This document shows, one piece after another, positions 53,284-64,000 of a DNA stretch of 64,000 nucleotides. The notes under the pieces are model-generated. The model saw only the letters and a program-made list of their open reading frames with translations, did no database searches and was not told the DNA's origin. This DNA comes from Syncephalis fuscata S228 (taxonomy: Eukaryota > Fungi > Zoopagomycota). The translations under genes were made by a program, and so were the position numbers. Each line of letters opens with the position of its first letter. Positions within the stretch are counted from its first letter, which is position 1. The stretch lies in contig JAHLTZ010000009.1 in assembly GCA_025786725.1 (NCBI GenBank), forward strand, positions 62,001 to 126,000. Reading direction: 5' to 3'.

Positions 53284-53830
53284 AAAGTATAGTTATATTC
53301 GAATATAACAATTAGCATTCGCTACGTGATGTCGTTGCATTCCATTCTATCTTATAGCATTGTTATCCAATAAACCAATTACTGCGCTATACGGAAAGTA
53401 ATTCATAATGTGGCTATAGTAGAAATTTACATAAAAATGCAAAGTAATGCACTGAGAAGAGATCTAAATTATTACATTTTATTTAGCCACAAAAAGCTAT
53501 CAGTTTCAATTTTATCATGTTAAATCAACCAACCAACCAACCAGCCAATTAGCCATTAAAAATAATTAAATCGTTAAAGCAGATATTCATCGAATAATAC
53601 AATGGTTGTAATAAGATATGGCTAGGACTAAAAATAATATAATTGGTGTTGACTAAATAAAAAATATTTTATTTGTCCCTCGTTGATTACTAAGAAAATG
53701 TTCTAAAAATAAAAGTGGACTGCTTAGCGCAAAATAACACCCATTGTCATAAAAAACAAACAGAATAAATAGGGTGTATTATTATATTCCTGGTCTAACA
53801 TTATTATCCACTTGTCTTTAATTTTTAGCC

Positions 53831-54943
53831 ATGCATCAGCAAAGTCCCAATGCTCTGCGTCAATTTGGCCGCAATGGACCAATGCTTTCCGCCGTTGGTC
53901 TCGGGTGTATGACCATGTCACCAAGTGTTGAAAATTACAAAAAGGACGCGGCTGTCAACCTTCAAGATCTGCCTGTGGATCTAAACGACAAGAACACCGC
54001 TTCTGGACTAGCTACACTTTCTCATGCTAAAGAAATAAATTGTGCGCTCTGGGATACGGCGGTAAATATTGACGTTTGCGGCTGCAATATATTAAATTAA
54101 GCAATGATGACGATAGGACGCATTTGGTCGTGGCCATAACGAGAAACTAGTTGCTCATGCACTTAAGAAAGGCCGAGACAAAGTGTTTATTTGTACAAAA
54201 TTCGGCTATAAATACACTGACAACAATAGCGTTAGTGTTTGTGGTGAGCCTGCCTATATTCGTCAATGCTGTGAAGAGAGTTTGAAACGGTTAGATGTCG
54301 ACTATATTGATATGTACTATCAGCACCGCATTGACCCCAATGTTCCGATTGAAACTTCAGTTGCTGCCATGGCTGAACTTGTTCATGAAGGCAAAGTTAA
54401 GCATATCGGGCTAGTGGAGTGCTCAGCCGAAACACTACGCCGTGCTTATAAAATCCATCCGATTACCGCCATTCAAGTTGAATATAGCCCCTTCGTACGT
54501 GATATTGAGAAAAATGGCGTTTTGGACGCATGCAAAGAGCTGGGGGTTGCGATTGTAGCCTATTCGCCACTGGGCCGTGGATTTCTGACTGGTGAGATGT
54601 GTACCGCCGAGCAATTGCCAGCGGGTGACAAACGTCATCTGCATCCTCGTTTCTACAACGAAGTTTTTACTATTAATTTGGCCGCAATCGAGGCTTGTCA
54701 GCGCATGGCTACAAGTAAGAATTGCTCGGCAGGCCAGCTTTGCCTTGCATGGGTATTGAAACAATGGAAAATATATTCATTGTTGCTGGAGCAAAAAACA
54801 TCAAGTATCTTGAGGGAAATGTGCAAGCCGAACGTGTTATACTATCGGATGACGATGAAAAACTGTTGCGTGAACAAGTTGGTGAGGTTGACACCATTGT
54901 TGCCGATTACAGTGCTAAACGCTTGGATTTTATTAACGCCTAA
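53831..54943 (+). CDS. Aldo-keto reductase family protein (YakC/AKR13-like)
   Basis: SAVGLGCM, WDTA|DAFG..HNE, FICTKFG, SLKRLDVDYIDMYYQHRID, QVEYSP and VAYSPLGRG. Intron 54062-54116 and an apparent frameshift at ~54755. Confidence 0.9.
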
Positions 54944-55725
54944 ACAGAATAAAATTTACAATATTATATACTGAATTCTGTCTACTCAGGCTTAAACAGT
55001 GTTAATTTCCGCGATAAACAATACGGAATACAAAAAAATAGTTTATGATTTTATTATCATTTGTAGTCCATTTTGAACAATAATAATAAACATTTTTGTT
55101 ATCTTATCTTATTACTATTTAATTACAATAGTTATAATAAAATAATTTAAGTATCTAATACCATAGTAATAGGATAGTGTAATGAATCTACTGCCATTAC
55201 AAACATTTATTGATATGATTCGTTGCAGCTATTTTCTTGTTAGCAATGCAATAGTACCATTGATAAAAACGAAATAGCCAACGATATAAGCCGTGTTTCG
55301 ACGTATGAAATATCATGCAATGCAATCGCCAAATAACCCTGTTTAACGTCAAGTATGTAGTTAAATATGCTATAGTAGCCATTAACACTTTAGTTTTTTT
55401 TGGCTTATCACTTATTTTATATGTAATTAATAATTTAGCCACTTACTGCACAGTTGCATAATAATATAAAAATATGGTTACTAGTGCCGAGATACTTTCT
55501 AAAGTGTTTAATTCTAATTTAAATTATTACTGCATAAAATGTACATTGCAATTCGTTATACTCAAGTATTATTTTTATGAGTTTTAGTAAATTTTATTGT
55601 TAAAGTAGCAATTATAAATATAGAAAGTGCGTAAAATTATAAGTTAAAAATTGGATATTCCTTGCATAATTTTCAAAAGCAAGATGACATTAATTTGGTA
55701 AAGCTGTAGCTTTACTGTTTGAGCT

Positions 55726-58700
55726 AAAAATACAATATGAATATTAATGTGCTAATGGCTGCAGCTAAATACGCTACTTTAATTTAGTCAGCTTGTTATG
55801 ATAATTGCTGAATTGTACATTGTTATGTTAAACACATAAAACAACATGAAATTAAAAAGAAAGCGCTTCATGTTAAGATCAATCATCAATAGGCCACATG
55901 TGCTATTGGAATAAAAACGTTTTTGTTTACTATTTTAGTCAGGATAGCTCGCTATTTGCTATAAAAAAATACACGTGAAATGTAAATCGTCAGTATCTTT
56001 ATAAATATCTATCTATTATAAATTCAGGAATGGTATTGCCGCATAGAAAGAATATTTTTATACTTTTTTTTACTAAAGAGTGGTTTATTTTGTTTTAAAT
56101 TGGCAAATAAACTTGATAAAGGAAACTTCGATATTTATTGGTCTTGCTTTATCCTAGTTTGTATTATAACCACGATGTATATTGGCAGTGATGAATCTGT
56201 TCAGTCTAGCAAAATATTATTTTTCTTTCATTTAAAATACTAGACATACATTTTACAATGCAGTATCACTTTGCTACACTGTCTTTGCCTTGTTTATTAT
56301 GGGCTACTGCACTGATTGCCTTGATTTTACGCTGTAGTGCAGCTCCAGACAATTCTAGACATCCATCAGCACTATCTGCTACATTTCAATACAATGCCAA
56401 CGTACCTGATGCTGATGCATCGTCGGTTCAAAATGAGCAGAGTAACGCGCATATCAATAGACGTTCTAATTATAAGCAGCCATCGATATCACCAGAAGGC
56501 AATATACTTTATGATATTGGAAATGGGCTTATTATGCAAAATACAAAATCAAAGATTTTTTTCGATGTCATGATGCCGCATCTGACGACTGGTGCCAATG
56601 CTATGCACGATAAGGTATAGTGGGCAAAGGTATTAATATAGGAATTATTGATAGCGGGGTTGATTATACACACCCGGCACTTGGTGGCGGATTTGGTCCA
56701 GGCTATAAAGTGCGTTATGGTTATGATTTTGTTGGTGATGCTTATGATGGAACAAACGATCTTAATCCCAGTGGAGATCCAATGGACTGTGTAGGTCATG
56801 GTACCATGGTGGCCGGCATTATCGGAACGCAAATAGGCAACTATCATGGTGTTGCGCCAGGCGCTACTCTTGGTGCTTATAAAATAAGCGGATGCAAAGG
56901 TGCTCATGCTGCTCATGCAATAGAGCCAGCACTAAAAAAAGCGAAAAAAGATGGAATGCATATTGTCAATACGTTTTTGACAGTTAATTTAAAGTCGGGG
57001 GATTGGCGCTAGCCCAAATGGTTCAAAAGTATGCCGACGACATGATTATAATTTCTAGTGTTTCTGGTGTATCTAAAGGCCAGCCAGGAATATGGAATTC
57101 AGACGCACCTGGTATTGCTCCATCAGTAATATCTGTCGGTGCAATGGAGGCGCCTTACAAAGCTGTTTACGCATTCCGTATTTTCAATCCAAGTATAACT
57201 GCCAATATTATCCGATATGCAAATCTATGTGCAAATAAGCAGTCAATACTAGGTGAATATCCACTTTCTATCATTCCATCAGTCCCAAACACAGACCCGT
57301 GCAAGGTACCTCAAAATGCAAACGGCAAAATGGTCTTAGTCATGTCAAATCAGTGCGATATTCAACAGCTAGCCGCAGAAGCAAAAACACAATCTGCCGC
57401 TGGATTAATCGTTAGTAAGATAGCATCAATAGCTGAATGTTCACTACCAATCATTTTTGTGGCTACAGCATCTATTCAGTTGATATTAAGTTTATATATT
57501 CAAACCAAAGGCGTACTTTCTACTGCATTTTATATGAGAACAATAGCGGTTCCAGATCCAACCCAAATGACAGGTGCCAGCTATTTGAATTGGGGACCAT
57601 CATTATTACTTGGGCTAAGCCCAGAACTACTAGCGCCCGGCTATGAAATGGCCACAACCACCAATGATAAAACTGAAAGATATAAGTTTATGAAAGGGAC
57701 ATCGCTTGCTACACCTTATATGGCTGGCTTGGCCGCACTCTACCTTGATAACTGCTTTAGAAGCAATATTCATCCACCGAACTCCATCGAACTTCGTTCA
57801 ATTTTTCAAAATACAGCCACACCTTATATGATACCGAACAGCAAATTAGCTGGCTCAGTGGCCCATCAAGGTGCAGGTATGGCCAATATTCAGCGCGCTG
57901 TATCAAGAAAAATTAGCGCTTCACCATCTTCAATCGAACTTGGTGATAGAAAGGAGACAGGGGATGGCTCGCGCCAAAAGTCAGGAGCCATAACAATCAC
58001 GAATTTATTCACTGAAGAAAGAGAGTTTTACATTACTCATCTTCCGTCTAAATCTATGCACGGATTCAGCGTTAGAAGTGCTTTACAGGATGTCCCAATT
58101 ACTATAGACATATACGCTGAAGTTAAAATTACTCCAAACAGAATTAAAATGAAGCCAGGAAACACTGCAGTAATTAATATCGAATTTAGCATACCAGAAT
58201 CACTTGCTTATAAAGATCATTGGGTCTACTCTGGCTACATCATCACTGATACAAACCCACCAAATGGCGTTAGACCATCAGATCAGGCTATCCATGTTCC
58301 ATATCTTGGTCTAAATGGCGATATCAGCAACATTATAAACTGGCTTAGCACATAAACACACCCTTACAATAAAGCACGCAATATGCAACATTTACAAATA
58401 ATTACCACTGCAAAGCTATGGATAAAATGCTTTAAATTTATAAATTAGTTCATAATGAGTATTTAACATATTCCAAAGCATAGATATGTTTCTATACATC
58501 CAGATATGGCATTGAAATGAAACTCAAGTTAATCCAGCTAGCTTACAATTAAGTACTTGATATCAAATTTGAACTACATTGCAAATGATATCCATAGAAC
58601 ATTACACAAGTATTTAATAATAGATCACGAATAAATATTAGCTTTTAGAACATAGCAAATTTGTTCAAATAATCATGCTAAATTCTTTCCATTCTTTTTG

Positions 58701-59040
58701 CAATAAAATATGTAGTAGATGGAAAGTAGTATAGCATATTGGCAGTTAAATCATTGGCGGTCTTAGCACATCATCTAGTCACCTGAATCGTATTACAATT
58801 AATCAAATTTGATACAACTATAATCATGCTATCTAATTTAACAATAAAACAAGTGTCATTTATATTAATATAAAAGGATTCATTAGCCATTTGGCGTGAT
58901 TTGTAATTAAAATGACTATTTTTAACAACACTCAATCTATTGAACATGATGATAGATGGTGAATGACATCAATTATTAAATACTTTATCATTGTAGATTT
59001 ATTATCCAATATACATGTATTCTTTATCTTACACGTCATT
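55726..59040 (+). repeat. Segmental duplication copy 2 (~3.3 kb)
   Basis: Near-identical to 11932-15254. Confidence 0.95.
56258..58355 (+). CDS. Secreted subtilisin S8 protease, copy 2
   Basis: Same protein as copy 1. The 1-nt deletions at ~56615 and ~56994 are intact in copy 1. Confidence 0.9.
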
Positions 59041-59935
59041 TATCATATACTAAAAACATTATATATATTACAAGCTTCAATGTACTTTATTTATTCCATT
59101 CATCGAGTTATATACGTATAATTTTAACCTTACTATTTATACTTTTATCACTATATATTTATTATAATCTATATCATTCCGTCGTTTGCCAATTACACGC
59201 TATTATTCATGTAACTTATTTTTATCTATTTGTTTTATTAATTATGTTTTACTCTTTATATTTCAATGTGGTTCACTAAAATATATAAATAAATACTATG
59301 CCTGTATCACCAATACTATACACACTCTTTTGACTATTTATTTAGATTTGCATTACTTATTTTAATAAATGTGTAAAATGGTTTTTTGTTTCCATAGCTC
59401 AAAGTTACATTTCTAATACAATGGAGGAACATGTGGTCAGTATTGCTCGATTTATATTCAATATTAGCTAAACTGGCTTATAACACGTCAGATTAAAAAC
59501 TATGAGTATTGCTAGCATGTTCACACTTTAGTTAATACATGTATATTATTTAATAAATGATTATGGAGTGTATAAGTATGTGTAGTGGATAGATGTTATC
59601 AAGTGTAAAGAAAGAGAAAGGGAAATGTGATGACGTAGATTGTATGTTGTATTGTTTGAGTGAATTAAAAAAGTGATGTCATTTGACACTAAAACTACTC
59701 ATTATCATAGAACAATTAAAAGCGAATAAATGCATTAAAAAATAAATTCATTTAATCTCTAAAAACTACTTATTAATACAAAACATGCTAAAGCAAAAAA
59801 ATTAAACAATAAAAATTAAACGTTTTGTTTTATAGCTCTGCTGCCATTAGGCTAATATTTAATAAACATTTGCTAAAATGTAAAAGCGCCGAGATAATAA
59901 ACATAATTTATGGTTATACTTTATTTGATGCTTGT

Positions 59936-61035
59936 TTATGCCTTAGCCTCCATGGCTGAGTTGCTAGTGATTCGTCTTACAAATGAGCGAAGACGGCCAT
60001 GCGTACGTGTATGTTCGTGAACAGCCACAGGCCATCCGCCGTTTGGAGTGCCTGTCTCATCCAAATTATACTCATCGTTAAGTCGAATAATATAGCTTTC
60101 AAGTCGTACTCCCAGTTTGATCTGTATACCACGACCAACGGGCGCATCAGCAATTAAAATCTCTTGACCAAAGGAGCTTTGTAAAATTGATGCAATTTGA
60201 TATTTTGGTTCATCGCGCATCGAGCTTATCAGTCGGCTAAAGGAGAAGCTATTCGAACGTTTTACCGAGCTGCTGCTATCTGTTTTAGGCGGTCCCGGAT
60301 AAACACGAATTTTTTCGCGTCCTTCGTAGCCACGCCGATATGGCGGCCTAATATAAGCCCGAACTACTTCAAAATTACCCCAATGCGTGCTGCGTCCAAT
60401 TTCCCAAGCAATGTCCCGCGAAGAGTAAAAATAGTAGCCAGCACCCAACTCCTCATAAAAGTCATATGTATCGAAACCGGTTGTGTCGCGCTGTACTGGA
60501 CGGTATCCAAGAAAAATGTCAACTTCTGGGTCAATTGCACGCACTGGATCCTCAGGATCGACAGGAAGTGTTTGCGCAAGTGCCCATGCCTGCTCGACAT
60601 TGCCTCCGCTTGCATTAGTCTTATTATTAAACGGACATCGTCGAGAGACATGCCCGAAAACCCACTCGGGTTGCCAAGCGGCGGTGCTGATAATGGTGAT
60701 GAACTAGATGTTGTGGCTAAAAATAAATCTGCAATACGTTGTGGTGAGCGTGGTGGCAATGGAGGTGGTACTTGAGGTGTAACAAGCGTCAGTGCTTCGG
60801 GAATAGGCCGACGAGATGGACTTTGACCGCGCGGTGGTTTAGGCGGTGGCGTAGATAGATGGTCATCATCTAGCGCAGTAGTAATCGTGATACTTGCTGG
60901 AGGTTTGGTTTCACCTTCAAGTAGTGGTACAGCCAGTGGCACCAGCTCACTTTCCTCTTCATCTACATAGTCGAAAAGAGTAGAATGCTCGAGAGTGCTG
61001 TCGTTCGAGACGACTGAGTCGCGAATTACCGTCAT
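59936..61035 (-). CDS. Hypothetical protein (~366 aa): Pro-rich N-terminus plus possible ADP-ribosyltransferase-like domain
   Basis: ORFs 60364-61035 and 59936-60544 join if one base is restored, most plausibly in a T run near 60630. GC content is coding-like throughout. Confidence 0.65.
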
Positions 61036-61516
61036 ATGGTAAAATACGTATGAGTATCAACAGAGATGTCTTTTGTAAAGCGTAGTTGGAAAGGAGGTTT
61101 AAATTACATGAGAATATAGTTTGATAGAAAGGCAAAATATTTATTATTCAAACGCCAAGATAGTAAACGTCTTTTTAGAACGTCTATTTTTTATAAATAG
61201 CAATCACTTATGACATGGAAGAAAAATAGAACCTGTGGTTTAAGTCCATTTGTACACAAAGGTGTTACCAAGTACTGTTTGCCAGCAACGCCCATGTTCT
61301 ATAATTAAAACCATACATATCAACTATTACTTCAACTTCCCCAAAGCAGCAAATTATTTTATGCAATTGATTGTAATAAGTTGATTAGATTAATTTGTGT
61401 TTAAACCATTATTTATAATAAATGTTAATGTAATATAATATCATTATCATTTCCATAACATAAAATTAAATGTGACTAAACATTGTATCAGCAATAATAT
61501 TAAACATTTAAATAAA

Positions 61517-61640
61517 CAATGTAGCATATTATTTGATTTCTTTGGAACATTTGAGGCTGATAATTGTTATTGTTAATCATGTGTAGAAAGATTGATCGAA
61601 TATTAATAGAAGTAATATTGTTACTGTTCTATAATTCCGG
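61517..61640 (+). repeat. Dispersed repeat, same as ~27640-27755 and the reverse complement of ~1670-1765
   Basis: Shared AACATTTGAGG...CATGTGTAGAAAGATTGATC.AATATTAATAGAAG. Confidence 0.7.
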
Positions 61641-63044
61641 GCAGGGTCTTGTAAAAGTATGACTAAGAGATATACCATGTGATTGGATCACCAGGTAAAG
61701 TCGCATGTGATTGATTACAAGAATAATCTACCTATCGGATATTAGTACCGATTACTAGTAACAAATGCCTATTACGACAATACGACGAGTAGCTACTTGT
61801 TAGTTGTGAGCATATGAGCAGTCACCTGAACTAATATGCTGCGCTAATGATGAAATACTACAAGGCATTTCAGTTCTATTATTAGTTATGTTTACTATAT
61901 AATGATAGCTTTGTTCAATATCAATAAAGGAATAATCAAGTTTCTAGTTTAATATTATTTCTACTTAGTGTCATACAAGTTATTCAGTTTATTATAGTTA
62001 AACTGTGGTAATTAATGATCAATAAGAAATAATTTATTATAAAAGCAATACAACCAAACAACACATTGTATTCTGAGCGTTAAGGTAAACGTTAATAAGC
62101 ATCAGAAATTAGCGTTATAGGATAGCGATAGGATAAAGTGTTGCTTGGTCATCTAAGTTGCGATTTCTAAAACTAGAAGCGTGACAATATGATTGCGATT
62201 CCATATCGTTCCGCAGTTGTTATTGTTGCATCTATGTACAGTATGGATTATTGCATCTAAATTATCTATTCTATTTTCTAATCTTCTAATATTGTATTTT
62301 GGACATATTTGTGATGTAAGATAAAGATTAATATAATTATTATAAAGTCGTTTATTAAACAGCCACTTTTCCTATAGCCAATCTGACTAGATAAATGGCA
62401 TTTGAAAAATTAATATTATAAATTGCAATAATAAAGACAACTGATTAATCACATTATTGTATTGATAATTACACATGAATTAATTAATGTTGGATTTAAT
62501 ATTATACATGTTATAGTGATGAATAGATGTTTAATTGTATTTAAAAATGAAGGTGTGAAATAGATAAATAAAAGATGTGGGAGTCAAGATACAGTAGCTT
62601 TATTTATTAATATACTTTATATTAATTATAAAATATAGTATGATTATTTATACGTGTATATGCTGAACGAGTGGAATAAATTAAATTCTATAACAAATGC
62701 ATTAAAATAAATAAATAGCTTTATTAACAGTTTGTATTTGTATAAAATAGAATGACATACATTATAAGAATAAAGTATATATTTATACAGAATATCAATA
62801 ATAACACTAATAAATTGTTTAATGCTAATGGGATAGAAATAAACAATTAAATGAATTGCTAATAATAATAGTACTAAGTTAGATAGCATGAATATAATTG
62901 TATCATGTGTAATTGATCTTAATATATCAGCATAATAAAAAAGTATCTTTATTTAATAAAGAAATATTAAAAAGGAGACATAAATCATATGCTAAATAAT
63001 TTTATTTCAATTTTACTTAAAAGTTTATTAAGATTCAAATATAA

Positions 63045-64000
63045 CTAGAGCCTTTGGCGTACCCAAGATTCAAGACCGCCGGACGCAATAACATCTTGTG
63101 CTGCACGTCCTACGCCTGAGCAAGGCCAGTGGGCGCTTTGGTCAGACTTAGTAATTTGCCGCTGTGCAAAATTAACAACAGCTTCCTCGCCCGTTCGTAC
63201 TGTCAGTTGATCACGGCCATATTTGGCTAGTAGTGCGCGTACTAGCTCTGGTGCTTCAATGCATACAAGTGCATTATTGACAGCGTTACGTTTATAAGTT
63301 TCGCTAAATGAACCGGCAACAACACAACGAATACCAGCATGGAGCAAAGCAGTAGCGGCTTGTTCGCGGGATGATCCGGTGCCAAAATTGAATCCAGATA
63401 CTAAAATATCTCCCTAATTAACAACAAAATTAGGAAAATTCATTTATAATTAAGCAATTGCTTACTTCTTTAATGATATTAACAAATTTTGGATCGTAAT
63501 TTTCCATAACGGCTCGTGCCATTTCTTCTTTCGTCAAATCGTCTTTATAGGTGTATTTACCGGGATAAATACCGTCGGTATTAAGATTATCGGCGGGACA
63601 GAAGATAATTTCACCCCGTAGTTGTTTGGGAAAGCCAGCAATGATATCCATTGCCGTACTCTTTGTAGCGTCTGGTCCTTGTGTCGCTGCAATAGAATCT
63701 GACACGTTGATTTTAACTGAATTGGTTGTACTTGACGTACCAGAAGTAGCATTGGATTGTAATAAGTTTGGTGAGGTAATATAGCCGTGGATGGCCGATG
63801 CCGCAACAACTGCAGGCGATGCTAAATACGCTTTTGCTTTTAGAGAACCCATACGGCCTTTAAAGTTACGATTTGTAGCGGAAATACCCACTTCTCCATC
63901 TTCAAGTAAGCCGGCACCCAGTCCTATAATATTCAAATATATTAGTAAGGTTTTTGAAGAATAGTTGCATTAGTCATACCAATACATGGTCCACAGCCAG
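63045..64000 (-). CDS. LYS4: Homoaconitase, 3' part (gene continues beyond the window)
   Basis: GCGPCIG|[67 protein letters not shown] and GGLESWV. Confidence 0.95.

Noticed and set aside
50912-54943. DAO, peptide gene and AKR as a biosynthetic or RiPP gene cluster
   Set aside because: No core synthase or peptide-modifying enzyme is present, DAO has an ordinary PTS1, and the AKR lacks its catalytic Tyr. Adjacency alone is insufficient.
340-59040. Recurrent repeats read as a CRISPR array or as C/D snoRNAs (ATGATGA inside the repeat core)
   Set aside because: The context is eukaryotic and there is no regular repeat-spacer period. Copies are dispersed and diverged, without a consistent D box or guide.
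9230-60640. Many frameshifts (IMP4, JHD1, TBCD, LAM, PLC-like genes, AKR, subtilisins) suggesting pseudogenes or programmed frameshifting
   Set aside because: Where checkable they are single-base deletions, they hit essential genes too, and the two subtilisin copies complement each other's lesions. This fits unpolished long-read error, which read mapping would confirm.

Overview
AT-rich, intron-containing fungal genomic DNA with short GT-AG introns and CTAAY branch sites. The lineage-expanded 7TM-like genes and secreted S8 proteases suggest an early-diverging fungus such as the zoopagalean mycoparasite Syncephalis (inference). Housekeeping genes are an acetyl-CoA synthetase-family ligase, VPS68, IMP4, a DH-PH-C2 RhoGEF, a JHD1-like PHD-JmjC demethylase, tubulin cofactor D, a GRAM/VASt sterol-transfer protein, an ArAE/FUSC-type transporter, TRF4-like poly(A) polymerase, D-amino acid oxidase, an aldo-keto reductase and the 3' part of homoaconitase LYS4. 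Accessory genes are interleaved: three secreted PI-PLC-like phosphodiesterases that each carry a 13-cysteine heptad 'ladder' insert, two near-identical subtilisin loci in a 3.3-kb duplication, a spliced Kex2-type precursor of an 8-Cys Opy2-like peptide missed by the ORF track, a possible ADP-ribosyltransferase-fold protein, a 7TM-like gene and a 7TM-like pseudogene. Intergenic DNA holds a decayed Mutator-like element and a family of foldback-like dispersed repeats. Many single-base deletions in conserved genes look like long-read assembly errors rather than biology.
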